In this document: positions 9,500-18,378 of the stretch, piece after piece
Layout of the letters: each line of letters starts with the position of its first letter
How positions within the stretch are numbered: the first letter of the stretch is position 1
DNA from: Planctomycetota bacterium
Lineage (GTDB): Bacteria > Planctomycetota > UBA11346
Reading direction: 5' to 3'
Length of the DNA stretch: 64,000 nucleotides
NCBI GenBank assembly: GCA_038231435.1
Contig: JBBRLJ010000014.1
Span: 1-64,000 of the forward strand
The notes under the pieces: generated by a model
Told to the model about the DNA's origin: nothing
Seen by the model: the letters and a program-made list of their open reading frames with translations, nothing else
The model's database searches: none
Program-made: the position numbers and the translations under genes

Positions 9500-9742
9500 A
9501 TGGCCATCGTGAAATTCATCCAGATTCGCGACGGTAGGTGTTTGGGCTTCGGCCGTTCCCGCGATCTCGCGGGCGCCGTGACGATCACGGCCAACGCTGA
9601 GCACTGGATCGCATCGGGCATCGCCCTGTCGGTAGCCAACGCCATGGGCCGTATCGACAACGTCACGACCGCTGCGGCCGAGGCCACCGAGGTGATCCCC
9701 GAGCCGACACCGACCAGAAGGTCGGCGGTCTTGGGGCGCTGA
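9500..9742 (+). CDS. Small hypothetical protein
   Basis: TATGGT box 7 nt before ATG; stop lies 2 nt before the receiver gene. Confidence 0.5.
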   Translation: MAIVKFIQIRDGRCLGFGRSRDLAGAVTITANAEHWIASGIALSVANAMGRIDNVTTAAAEATEVIPEPTPTRRSAVLGR

Positions 9743-9744
9743 CG

Positions 9745-10167
9745 GTGTCACCGCTCTTGCCACGCGTGCTGCTCGTCGATGACGAGTCCCACATCATCTC
9801 CGCCTACAAGCGCTCGCTGCGAACCCTCCGCCCGCAATGGGACGTGCGTACGGCCAGCTCGGGTCACGACGCCATCAAGCAGCTCGAGAAACATGGCTTC
9901 GAAGCGATCGTGACCGACATCGCCATGAAGGGAATGGATGGCCTCGATCTGCTGACCACGGTCCAGTCGCTGTTTCCACGCATGCTCAGGCTCGTGGTCT
10001 CCGGCATCATCGACGGCGGGACGCTGATCGAGGTGCGCAAGATCGCGCACGCGCACTTCATCAAGCCGGTGCCCACCGCGAAACTGATCGAGGCCATCGA
10101 GGCGTTGATGCAACGCGAAGCGGGGACCGGCGGCGGTGGCGGTGGCGGAAGTATACAGGAGCGGTGA
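9745..10167 (+). CDS. Single-domain response regulator (REC)
   Basis: VLLVDDE, phospho-acceptor VTDIAMKGMDG, VVSG, FIKP. Confidence 0.85.
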   Translation: MSPLLPRVLLVDDESHIISAYKRSLRTLRPQWDVRTASSGHDAIKQLEKHGFEAIVTDIAMKGMDGLDLLTTVQSLFPRMLRLVVSGIIDGGTLIEVRKIAHAHFIKPVPTAKLIEAIEALMQREAGTGGGGGGGSIQER

Positions 10168-10485
10168 CAGCCTTCCGGCGAACCGCGAGCAGCCACAGAC
10201 ATCCCAGTACGGCGGTGGCACCGATATGCTCGACCTTGTCTTGATGGGCAAAGTGGCTGTGCGGCACCATGGAGGAGGGCATCAGGATGACGAACCTGGC
10301 CCTCGGTGGCCACGACCGCCATTCCCATAACCACACGTCTCGGCATCAGTTTTCCATTTTGGCGCGGCGAGCATGGCGGATCCTGCCCTCGACTCGTCTA
10401 TCCGATCACTGCGGAATCGTCAGTAGTCCAGGCGGTTCTGCCGCGTACTGACATGCCACCTGTTCAGAACCACCCGGCACTGCCG

Positions 10486-10638
10486 CTATCGATGTTGTGA
10501 AGCATTTCGGATCTTCGAGTCCCGATACGGTTGGCTACCAACGCTACGCCGCATCTCTTTCTTGGCTTCATGACGTTTCCACATGCGTTCGCCCATCCAG
10601 AAGAAGAGCAGATCGCGAATCGGATGTTTCAGGCCCAT
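10486..10638 (-). CDS. 50-aa small protein
   Basis: SD CAGGAG-tatccc-ATG; MGLKHPIRDLLFFWMGERMWKRHEAKKE... Confidence 0.4.
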   Translation of the reverse strand: MGLKHPIRDLLFFWMGERMWKRHEAKKEMRRSVGSQPYRDSKIRNASQHR

Positions 10639-10961
10639 GGGATACTCCTGGTGTAGGCATGGCTCAGGCCATGCGCATTGAGGGGTATACCGTTGGGCAC
10701 GCAGACACGGCGGGAGGGTTGCCGTGATCTTCGACACGCGGACCTGGCGCGATATCGCGGCCATCAACCACCGTCTCGTGTGCCACCAACGCCTCACTTC
10801 CGATTCATCCACGCTGAGCACCTACCGATGCCGCATCGCCAAACGAAAGTTCTGCGTATTCGGCCCATACCTAGGCCAACTGGGCATAGACAGTAGCATC
10901 TGTCGCCAATGATGCGGCCCTGGGAATCGTCTGTTCCCGAGACCTGGAGGTATCGTCGCTC

Positions 10962-11420
10962 ATGGCAGACCACGCTGAATCCGTGACACGCTACGCCATT
11001 CTGCGTGGCCAGATCGAACACGAAGACGGCTTGATGACCCAGCGGTTGTCGTGGCTCGTAGCGTCGCAGTCGTTCCTGTTCACCGCGTATGCGATCGTCC
11101 TGAACGCACCCGAGCATGCGGCCTCTGCGATGCATGCGCGTCAACAAGCGTACGTGCTCACCTCGATCCCGACCGTAGCCATCCTATCCGACGCATTGAT
11201 CTATATCAGCGTGCTTGCTGGCGTATCGGCGATGCGCGGGCTGCGCACAAGGTGGATAGCTGGTGGCGCGGACTCTCTCCTGCCTCCGCTCCAGGGCACA
11301 TCGCTCAGCCGCCGCCTCGGACTTGTTCCCCCGCTGCTGATGCCGCTGGTCTTCCTGGTGGTGTGGATCTTCTTGTTCTGCCACGCGAGCGGACATGCCT
11401 CCGAAGTCGTAACGCCGTGA
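10962..11420 (+). CDS. Membrane protein with three predicted TM helices
   Basis: GGAGG SD; HEDGLMTQRLSWLVASQSFLFTAYA segment plus two further hydrophobic helices. Confidence 0.75.
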   Translation: MADHAESVTRYAILRGQIEHEDGLMTQRLSWLVASQSFLFTAYAIVLNAPEHAASAMHARQQAYVLTSIPTVAILSDALIYISVLAGVSAMRGLRTRWIAGGADSLLPPLQGTSLSRRLGLVPPLLMPLVFLVVWIFLFCHASGHASEVVTP

Positions 11421-11466
11421 CGCCTCTCCACTCCCCTTCCATCCACGTATACTGCGAGAGCTGCCC

Positions 11467-12582
11467 ATGAAAGCCGTCTGCGTCACCCCTGCCACGCACG
11501 CGATTGGGATCATCGATCATCCCATGCCCACCCTGACCACGCCCACCGCGGTGAAGCTGCGCATGCTGGATGTGGGCATCTGCGGCACCGACAAGGAAAT
11601 CTGCGCCTTCGATTACGGCACGCCGCCAATTGGGAGCGACCACCTGGTCATCGGGCACGAATCCCTCGGCGAGGTCGTGGAGCTCGGAGCGGGAGTCACG
11701 ACGCTCAAGCGCGGCGATCTGGTGGTCCCGATGGTGCGGCGCCCGTGCACCGACGCTGCGTGCATCGCCTGCCGGGCGGGACGAGCGGACTTCTGTTTCA
11801 CCGGAGGTTTCACCGAGCGCGGCATCAAGATGGCGCATGGCTTCATGACCGAATACGTGGTCGACGATGCCGCCTTCATGGTCCCGGTGCCGCGCGAACT
11901 GCGAGACGTGGGAGTGCTGGTCGAACCGTTGACGATCGCGATGAAGGCGATCGAGCAGGTCTGGCAGGTTCAAGCACGTCTGCCGTGGGCGTGTCCGGTC
12001 ACACCGGGAAAATCCGCGGGATTCTGCCACCGCGCCCTGGTCCTCGGTGGCGGACCGGTCGGCCTGCTCGGCGCCATGGCGCTGGTCGCGAATGGCTTCG
12101 AGACCATCGTCTACTCGCGCGAGCCAGTCGGCAGCGACAAGGCACGCCTCGTCGGAGCGATCGGTGCCGCGTACGTCTCCGCCGAGACTGAATCGATCAC
12201 CGACCTGGTGGGCCGTCATGGAGCGATCGATGTGGTCTATGAAGCTGCGGGCGCCTCGGCCATGGCCTTCGAGGTCATCCAGGGGCTCGGCACGAATGGC
12301 ATCTTCATCTTCACCGGCGTGCCTGGTCGCAAAGGCCCGGTCGAGGTCGACACCGACCTCATGATGCGCAACCTGGTGCTGAAGAACCAGGTGGTCTTCG
12401 GTTCGGTGAACGCGGGTCGTTCGTGCTACGAAGACGCAGTGACGTCCCTGCAGGAGTTCATGCGGCGCTGGCCCGATCAGGTGAGATCCCTGATCACGGG
12501 CCGGTACCCGATGGATGGGGTCGTACCCTTGCTCCTAGGCAAGGTCGGTGGCATCAAGAACGTCATCACCATCGGCACCTGA
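11467..12582 (+). CDS. gdh: Zinc-dependent glucose 1-dehydrogenase (MDR superfamily)
   Basis: GICGTD, GHE, VRRPC..C..C....DFC, ERGI...HGFM, VEPL, GGGPVG, GSVNA motifs. Confidence 0.85.
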   Translation: MKAVCVTPATHAIGIIDHPMPTLTTPTAVKLRMLDVGICGTDKEICAFDYGTPPIGSDHLVIGHESLGEVVELGAGVTTLKRGDLVVPMVRRPCTDAACIACRAGRADFCFTGGFTERGIKMAHGFMTEYVVDDAAFMVPVPRELRDVGVLVEPLTIAMKAIEQVWQVQARLPWACPVTPGKSAGFCHRALVLGGGPVGLLGAMALVANGFETIVYSREPVGSDKARLVGAIGAAYVSAETESITDLVGRHGAIDVVYEAAGASAMAFEVIQGLGTNGIFIFTGVPGRKGPVEVDTDLMMRNLVLKNQVVFGSVNAGRSCYEDAVTSLQEFMRRWPDQVRSLITGRYPMDGVVPLLLGKVGGIKNVITIGT

Positions 12583-12591
12583 TCGGCTCCC

Positions 12592-15318
12592 GTGGCTTCA
12601 TCGAACAAAGCGCAGCGAGCCGAGCGGCAACGCCTGGCGGCAGCGACCGCCGAGGGCGTGCGCCTCGCCGACAGTGCCGGGCGCACCGGCAACTGGAAGC
12701 GTTGGGGCCCGTACCTGTCGGAACGCCAATGGGGTACGGTCCGCGAGGACTATTCCGCCACCGGCGAGTGCTGGACCTACTTCCCGCACGACCACGCGCG
12801 CAGCCGTGCCTACCGGTGGGGCGAGGACGGGTTGCTCGGCATCTGCGATCGCCAAGGGCGCCTGTGCTTCGGGCTGGCGTTGTGGAATGGAACGGATCCC
12901 ATCCTTAAGGAGCGTCTGTTCGGTCTCACCGGCCCCGAGGGTAACCACGGCGAGGACGCCAAGGAGTGCTGGTACTACCTCGACGCCACGCCGACCAGTT
13001 CGTACCTGCGCGCGCTCTATAAGTATCCGCAGGCCGAATTTCCGTATCGCGCCCTCGTGGACACCAATGCCCAGCGCGGCAAGCGCGATCCCGAATTCGA
13101 ACTCACCGATACCGGTGTCTTTGATGGCAATCGGTACTTCGATATCACCGCCGAGTACGCCAAGGCCGATGCCAATGACATCCTAATCCGCATCACCATC
13201 GCGAACAGAAGTCCCGAGCCTGCATCGCTCCAGGTGTTGCCGACCCTGTGGTTCCGCAACACCTGGTCATGGGGCCGCGCTGAGGAAGGCTGTTCGACCA
13301 AACCCAGACTCGCCGCCGCGGGAGACACGATCATCGCCACCCACGAGTCGCTGGGAAATTTTGAGCTCGCATGCGCACCCGACCCCCGTGGCATCCAGCC
13401 GGAATTGCTGTTCACCGAGAACGAGACCAATGTCCAGCGTGTGTTCGGCGGACCGGCGGTCCAGCACGCGAAGGATGCCTTCCACGACTATGTGATCTCC
13501 GGACGCGTCGACGCGATCAATCCAGCGCGGATTGGCACCAAGGCTGCTGCCCGATACCGCCTCGACGTGCCCGCGGGCGGGGAGATCGTCCTCAGGCTGC
13601 GCTTGAGCGAACGCTCGGCAGATGCTCACCGATCGCCAGAGCCGAGCGACGAGGCCGCGTTCGACGCGCTGGTCGCGCAGCGACGCACGGAAGCGGACCA
13701 GTTCTACAATCTCGTCCTGCCACAGGCCGCTACCGCCCATGAGCAGGCCGTCTCGCGCCAGGCGTATGCTGGGCTGCTGTGGTCGAAGCAATTCTACCAT
13801 TACGTGGTCAAGGAATGGTACAGCGGCGATCCCGCGCAACCGCCCCCTCCGCCTGGCTGCCACGCCGGACGCAATGGCGATTGGAGTCATCTCTATAGCC
13901 GCGACATCCTGTCCATGCCAGACGCCTGGGAATATCCCTGGTTCGCAGCCTGGGACCTTGCCTTCCACACGATTCCACTCGCCCAGGTCGACAGCGACTT
14001 CGCCAAGCAACAACTCATCCTGCTGTTGCGCGAATGGTACATGCATCCGAATGGGCAGATTCCCGCCTATGAGTTCGCCTTCTCGGACGTCAATCCACCG
14101 GTGCACGCGTGGGCGTGCTGGCGTGTCTACAAGATGTCGGCTCCTCGCGGCTCGCGCGACCGCCTGTTCCTCGAACGGGCATTTCAGAAACTCCTGCTGA
14201 ACTTCACTTGGTGGGTCAACCGCAAAGACCCGGATGGACACCACGTGTTTTCGGGCGGATTCCTCGGACTCGACAACATCGGCGTCTTCGACCGCTCCAA
14301 GCCTTTACCTAACGGCGGCCATCTCGCCCAGGCCGATGGCACCGCCTGGATGGCATCCTATTGCGCGACGATGCTGGCGATCGCACTGGAATTGGCGAGC
14401 GGAGACGCCGCGTATGAGGACATCGCCTCGAAGTTCTTCGAGCACTTCGTCAGCATCATCGACGCGATCAATCGCCAGGGCGGTACCGGCCTGTGGGATG
14501 AAACCGACGGCTTCTACTACGATCAGATCCTCACCGATGGCGAGGTCATCCCGCTCAAGCTGCGCTCCATGGTGGGGCTGGTGCCGCTGATCGCCATCGA
14601 GGTCATCCGCGCCAACCTGCTCACCGCGCTACCCGGCTTCAAGAAGCGCGTCGACTGGTTCCTCGCACACCAACCGGATCTCGCGCGACACGTCAGCTTC
14701 TGCACGTCGTCCGACGGACATGACGTGATGCTGATCTCGATTGTCGATCGCACGCGCCTGCAGCGGATCCTGCGCGTCGTGCTCGATGAAGCCGAATTTC
14801 TGTCCTCGCACGGCATCCGTTCGCTGTCGAAAGCGTACGAGCGAGAGCCCTTCACCTTTTGCATGAAGGAGGACTGCCACTACGTGCGCTACGCCCCGGG
14901 AGAGTCCGATAGCGGCCTGTTCGGCGGAAATTCCAATTGGCGTGGACCGGTGTGGTTTCCGGTCAATTATCTGCTCATCGAAGCGCTCGAGCGCTACCAC
15001 CATGTCTATGGGGACGGCTTCCGGGTCGAGCACCCGACCGGCAGCGGCCGCTACTCGACGCTCGGCGAGATCGCCAAGGATCTGCAGGCGCGCCTTGCGG
15101 GATTGTTCCTTCCGTCGGCCGATGGTTCACGTCCAGCGCACGGCACCGAGACGCGTTACGCCTCCGACCCGCACTGGCGCGAGCTCGTGCTGTTCTACGA
15201 GTATTTCCATGGCGACAGCGGGCGTGGACTCGGCGCCTCGCACCAGACCGGGTGGACCGCCCTCGTGGTCCGTAGCATCGAGGCGCTCGCTGCCAGGCGC
15301 AGCGAAGGCGCGCAGTGA
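12592..15318 (+). CDS. GH63 / MGH1-like glucosidase
   Basis: WKRWGPYLSERQWGTVREDYS, SMPDAWEYPWFAAWDLAFH, FGGNSNWRGPVW, EYFHGDSGRGLGASHQTGWT. Confidence 0.9.
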   Translation: MASSNKAQRAERQRLAAATAEGVRLADSAGRTGNWKRWGPYLSERQWGTVREDYSATGECWTYFPHDHARSRAYRWGEDGLLGICDRQGRLCFGLALWNGTDPILKERLFGLTGPEGNHGEDAKECWYYLDATPTSSYLRALYKYPQAEFPYRALVDTNAQRGKRDPEFELTDTGVFDGNRYFDITAEYAKADANDILIRITIANRSPEPASLQVLPTLWFRNTWSWGRAEEGCSTKPRLAAAGDTIIATHESLGNFELACAPDPRGIQPELLFTENETNVQRVFGGPAVQHAKDAFHDYVISGRVDAINPARIGTKAAARYRLDVPAGGEIVLRLRLSERSADAHRSPEPSDEAAFDALVAQRRTEADQFYNLVLPQAATAHEQAVSRQAYAGLLWSKQFYHYVVKEWYSGDPAQPPPPPGCHAGRNGDWSHLYSRDILSMPDAWEYPWFAAWDLAFHTIPLAQVDSDFAKQQLILLLREWYMHPNGQIPAYEFAFSDVNPPVHAWACWRVYKMSAPRGSRDRLFLERAFQKLLLNFTWWVNRKDPDGHHVFSGGFLGLDNIGVFDRSKPLPNGGHLAQADGTAWMASYCATMLAIALELASGDAAYEDIASKFFEHFVSIIDAINRQGGTGLWDETDGFYYDQILTDGEVIPLKLRSMVGLVPLIAIEVIRANLLTALPGFKKRVDWFLAHQPDLARHVSFCTSSDGHDVMLISIVDRTRLQRILRVVLDEAEFLSSHGIRSLSKAYEREPFTFCMKEDCHYVRYAPGESDSGLFGGNSNWRGPVWFPVNYLLIEALERYHHVYGDGFRVEHPTGSGRYSTLGEIAKDLQARLAGLFLPSADGSRPAHGTETRYASDPHWRELVLFYEYFHGDSGRGLGASHQTGWTALVVRSIEALAARRSEGAQ

Positions 15319-15420
15319 TCGGCTTCGCGCGATCCTCTCGTGAGCTCTTGGAGCATCGCCGGATGGTAGCTTTGCAGGACGAGGCATTGTAGGATTCGAC
15401 ACGCGACTACGCTCCTGACC

Positions 15421-16851
15421 ATGCGCACCGACTTCGATCTCGTGGTCATCGGTAGTGGACCGGCCGGCGAACGCGGCGCCGAGGAAGCCGCTCGACTCGG
15501 CAAGTCGGTGGCGCTCATCGATAATCGCCATGACCTTGGCGGAAACTCCTGTCACACCGGGACCCTGCCATCGAAAACGCTGCGGGAAAGCAGCCTCGTC
15601 CTCTCACGCGCGGTCGATCATGCGTTTCTCCCCGCCGTGGACGAGCACGACGAGCACCCGGTGACCATGTCGGCCTTCATGTACCGCGCTCAGCAGGTGA
15701 TGGCCAAAGAGTCCCTACGTATCCGCTCGGCGATGGAGCAGTCAGGAGTGACCGTCATCGCCGGCACCGCACGATTCTCTGGCCCCCATTCGCTGGTGGT
15801 CACCGGCAGCGAAGGCTCGACTCTCGCACTCACGGGGTCGTGCATCCTCATAGCTTGCGGGAGCCGGCCGCTACGCCCGAAGTCGATCCCCTTCGATGGT
15901 CAGCGGGTACTCGACAGCGATCAGGTCCTGCATCTCGAGAAGCTCCCGAAATCGATGATCGTGGTCGGCGGCGGGGTGATCGGCAGCGAGTACGCGACGA
16001 TCTTCAGCAATCTCGGCCTCACCGTCCACCTGATCGAACCCAAAGCGGTGCATCTTCCCTTCATTGACGCGGAAATCGTCACGTATCTGCACAAAGAGAT
16101 GGGCAAACGCTCCCTGACTCTCGAACTCGGCTGCAGCGTCACCGAAGTCTCGGTATCGGCAGACCAGGCGTTCGTGAAGCTCAGCGATGGGAGAACCCTA
16201 TCCGCCGATTGCGTCCTCTACGCCCTCGGACGAGCGACCAATGCCGACACACTCGATCTCGACAAGGCAGGCCTGTCCGCCGACGAGCGCGGCAAGATCA
16301 GCGTCGACAAGGACTACCATACCAGCGTCAGCCACATCGCTGCGGCGGGTGATGTGATCGGTTTCCCAGCCTTGGCAGCCACCAGCGCCGACCAAGGTCG
16401 CGCCGCGGTGCGCGAGCTGTTCGGACTGACGGGCACCGATCCGCAGAAACTCCTCCCGTACGGGATCTACACCATCCCCGAGATCAGCACCATCGGCGTG
16501 AATGAAAGCGAAGCCAAAACCGCAGGCATCGATGCGGTGATCGGCCGGTGTCAAATCGGCGAGACCGCACGAGGGATCATCAGCGGCGACGATGGCCTAC
16601 TCAAGCTCGTCTTCGATCGGGCCTCGCGGATGTTGATCGGAGCCCACTGCATCGGCGCCCGGGCAACCGACATCATCCATACGGCGCTCTTCTGCATTCG
16701 TCTTCGCGGCACCGTCGATGACCTCACCGAGGCAGTATTCAACTATCCGACGATCAGCGGAGCGATAAAAATCGCCGCTCTGGATGCGCTTTGGCAATTG
16801 GAACGGGCCTCAGCGCCCTCTGAAAAAGCGGAATCCCCAGACGGCGGATGA
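15421..16851 (+). CDS. sthA: Soluble pyridine nucleotide transhydrogenase
   Basis: VIGSGPAG FAD motif, GTLPSKTLRE (Thr at the second redox-Cys position), GGGVIGSEYA, AGDVIGFPALA, GIYTIPEI, FNYPT. Confidence 0.85.
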   Translation: MRTDFDLVVIGSGPAGERGAEEAARLGKSVALIDNRHDLGGNSCHTGTLPSKTLRESSLVLSRAVDHAFLPAVDEHDEHPVTMSAFMYRAQQVMAKESLRIRSAMEQSGVTVIAGTARFSGPHSLVVTGSEGSTLALTGSCILIACGSRPLRPKSIPFDGQRVLDSDQVLHLEKLPKSMIVVGGGVIGSEYATIFSNLGLTVHLIEPKAVHLPFIDAEIVTYLHKEMGKRSLTLELGCSVTEVSVSADQAFVKLSDGRTLSADCVLYALGRATNADTLDLDKAGLSADERGKISVDKDYHTSVSHIAAAGDVIGFPALAATSADQGRAAVRELFGLTGTDPQKLLPYGIYTIPEISTIGVNESEAKTAGIDAVIGRCQIGETARGIISGDDGLLKLVFDRASRMLIGAHCIGARATDIIHTALFCIRLRGTVDDLTEAVFNYPTISGAIKIAALDALWQLERASAPSEKAESPDGG

Positions 16852-16869
16852 GCCGATGGACTGAACCTG

Positions 16870-16997
16870 AGATGACCGCGCCTCCTCGGAGACCGTCACC
16901 CCTTGTGGCGATCCCACTGCTTCGGTGATGTTGGGTTAATCAGTGACGACGTGAGGCAGGACCCTCTCACGGTCCTCGTGGCGGCTCTCGGTCATCT
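16870..16997. ncRNA. Candidate structured RNA / miniature inverted-repeat element
   Basis: Nested pairings AGATGACCG/CGGTCATCT, CGCC/GGCG, GACCGT/ACGGTC, TCACC/GGTGA, GTGG/CCAC within an intergenic gap. Confidence 0.3.
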
Positions 16998-17184
16998 TGT
17001 TGTTTACGCCAGCCAAGTTCGGCTGCGCTTGGGGAGCGCTCTAATTCGAAGGGCTCTGCTTTGGATCTCATACCGGAGAATTTCGGAGAAGGAGACATTA
17101 GGAATCACCGATCCGGTTACGATCAGAGGACCGCCAGACCCGAATGTGTGACCGACCCGCTCCCATCTCCAAAGGATTAATACG

Positions 17185-17211
17185 ATACACTCGCGTGTAT
17201 TTACCTAGATT
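17185..17211 (+). promoter_or_regulatory. Palindromic operator-like site next to a putative -10 box
   Basis: ATACAC-tcgc-GTGTAT (17185-17200); TAGATT (17206-17211) 7 nt before ATG 17219. Confidence 0.4.
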
Positions 17212-17218
17212 TGCCTCC

Positions 17219-18265
17219 ATGAACCTGCTCACCCCTATCCTCCTCTCCAGCCTCGCCATCGCCGCCTGCGCCGCCGATCCAGTCAAGATCATGCCGCTCG
17301 GCGATTCCATAACCCAAGGCAACACGCAACAGGACAGCTACCGGCGCCCACTGTGGCACAAGCTGAAGGACGCCGGCTTCACTGTGGATTTCGTCGGCAG
17401 TGAGGCGACGAATTTCACCGGGCACGCGGCGCACCCTGACTTCGACGAGGACAACGAGGGCCATTATGGATGGAAGATCACCGGCGTCCTGCCGAAGCTC
17501 GACGAGTGGCTCGACAAGAACACGCCTGATATCGTGCTGCTGCATCTCGGCACCAACGATCAGGACAAGGCTCCGGTGATCCTCGCCAACCTCGAGCAGG
17601 TGATCGTGAAGCTGCGCACGCACAATCCCAAGGTCACCGTGCTGTTCGCCCAGCTGATCACCAATTGGGGTGAATTGGCCGAGGTCAACAAGGCCATCCC
17701 AGATCTCGCCAAGAAGCTGACCACCGATCAGTCGCGCATCATCGTCGTCGACCAGGCGTCTGGCTTCATCTACCCCGGCGATTCGGTCGACGGCTGCCAT
17801 CCCAATGCGGTCGGTGAAGAGAAGATGGCGGTGAAATGGTTCGATGCCCTGAAGCCTCTCCTGAGCAAGCCTGGTGCACCCGGCGCGGGGGCGCCTGCGC
17901 CAGGCGACGCCACTGACATCCAGGAATTCGCGAAGCAGGTCAAGGCGCAGAAGACCGAGCCCCTGCGCCAGGCCTTCATCGACAAGGAACTCATCGGCAA
18001 GGACTGCTCCCTCACAGGAAAGATCGTCCGTTACAAGGAAGTCACCGTCCACCGCGAGAGCGGCAAGGGCAAGGAGAACGCGATGATCGTCAAAGTGGGC
18101 AGCGACGAATGCGGCGTTCTCATGGAAGACCTCGACCTCAAGAAACCGCCCTACCCGGTGGGTGGGGTCGTGTCCGTGACCGGCACCATCAATGCCCGAG
18201 ACGACTCGGCCATGCTGCTGGTCAAGTCCTCTGGGAAGATCATGGGCCCAGCGCCGAAGAAGTGA
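17219..18265 (+). CDS. Secreted SGNH/GDSL hydrolase with extra C-terminal domain
   Basis: Signal peptide; PLGDSIT, EGHYG, LGTND, DGCHPN blocks; Pro/Gly linker then ~110 aa beta-rich, OB-fold-like domain. Confidence 0.85.
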   Translation: MNLLTPILLSSLAIAACAADPVKIMPLGDSITQGNTQQDSYRRPLWHKLKDAGFTVDFVGSEATNFTGHAAHPDFDEDNEGHYGWKITGVLPKLDEWLDKNTPDIVLLHLGTNDQDKAPVILANLEQVIVKLRTHNPKVTVLFAQLITNWGELAEVNKAIPDLAKKLTTDQSRIIVVDQASGFIYPGDSVDGCHPNAVGEEKMAVKWFDALKPLLSKPGAPGAGAPAPGDATDIQEFAKQVKAQKTEPLRQAFIDKELIGKDCSLTGKIVRYKEVTVHRESGKGKENAMIVKVGSDECGVLMEDLDLKKPPYPVGGVVSVTGTINARDDSAMLLVKSSGKIMGPAPKK

Positions 18266-18378
18266 GGCGGACCTTCGTCATCCCTCGGGGAACAGTCGTG
18301 GTCCGTCGGGGCCCATGACGATTGGTGATCCATCACCTTCTTCTTGGCTTATCCCGGGCCCCGCCACGCTGTGAGACG

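Noticed and set aside
16870..16997. Cobalamin riboswitch or hammerhead ribozyme
   Set aside because: CCACTG is present but the AGGGAA/GGGAAG elements are not; no CUGAUGA...GAAA core on either strand.
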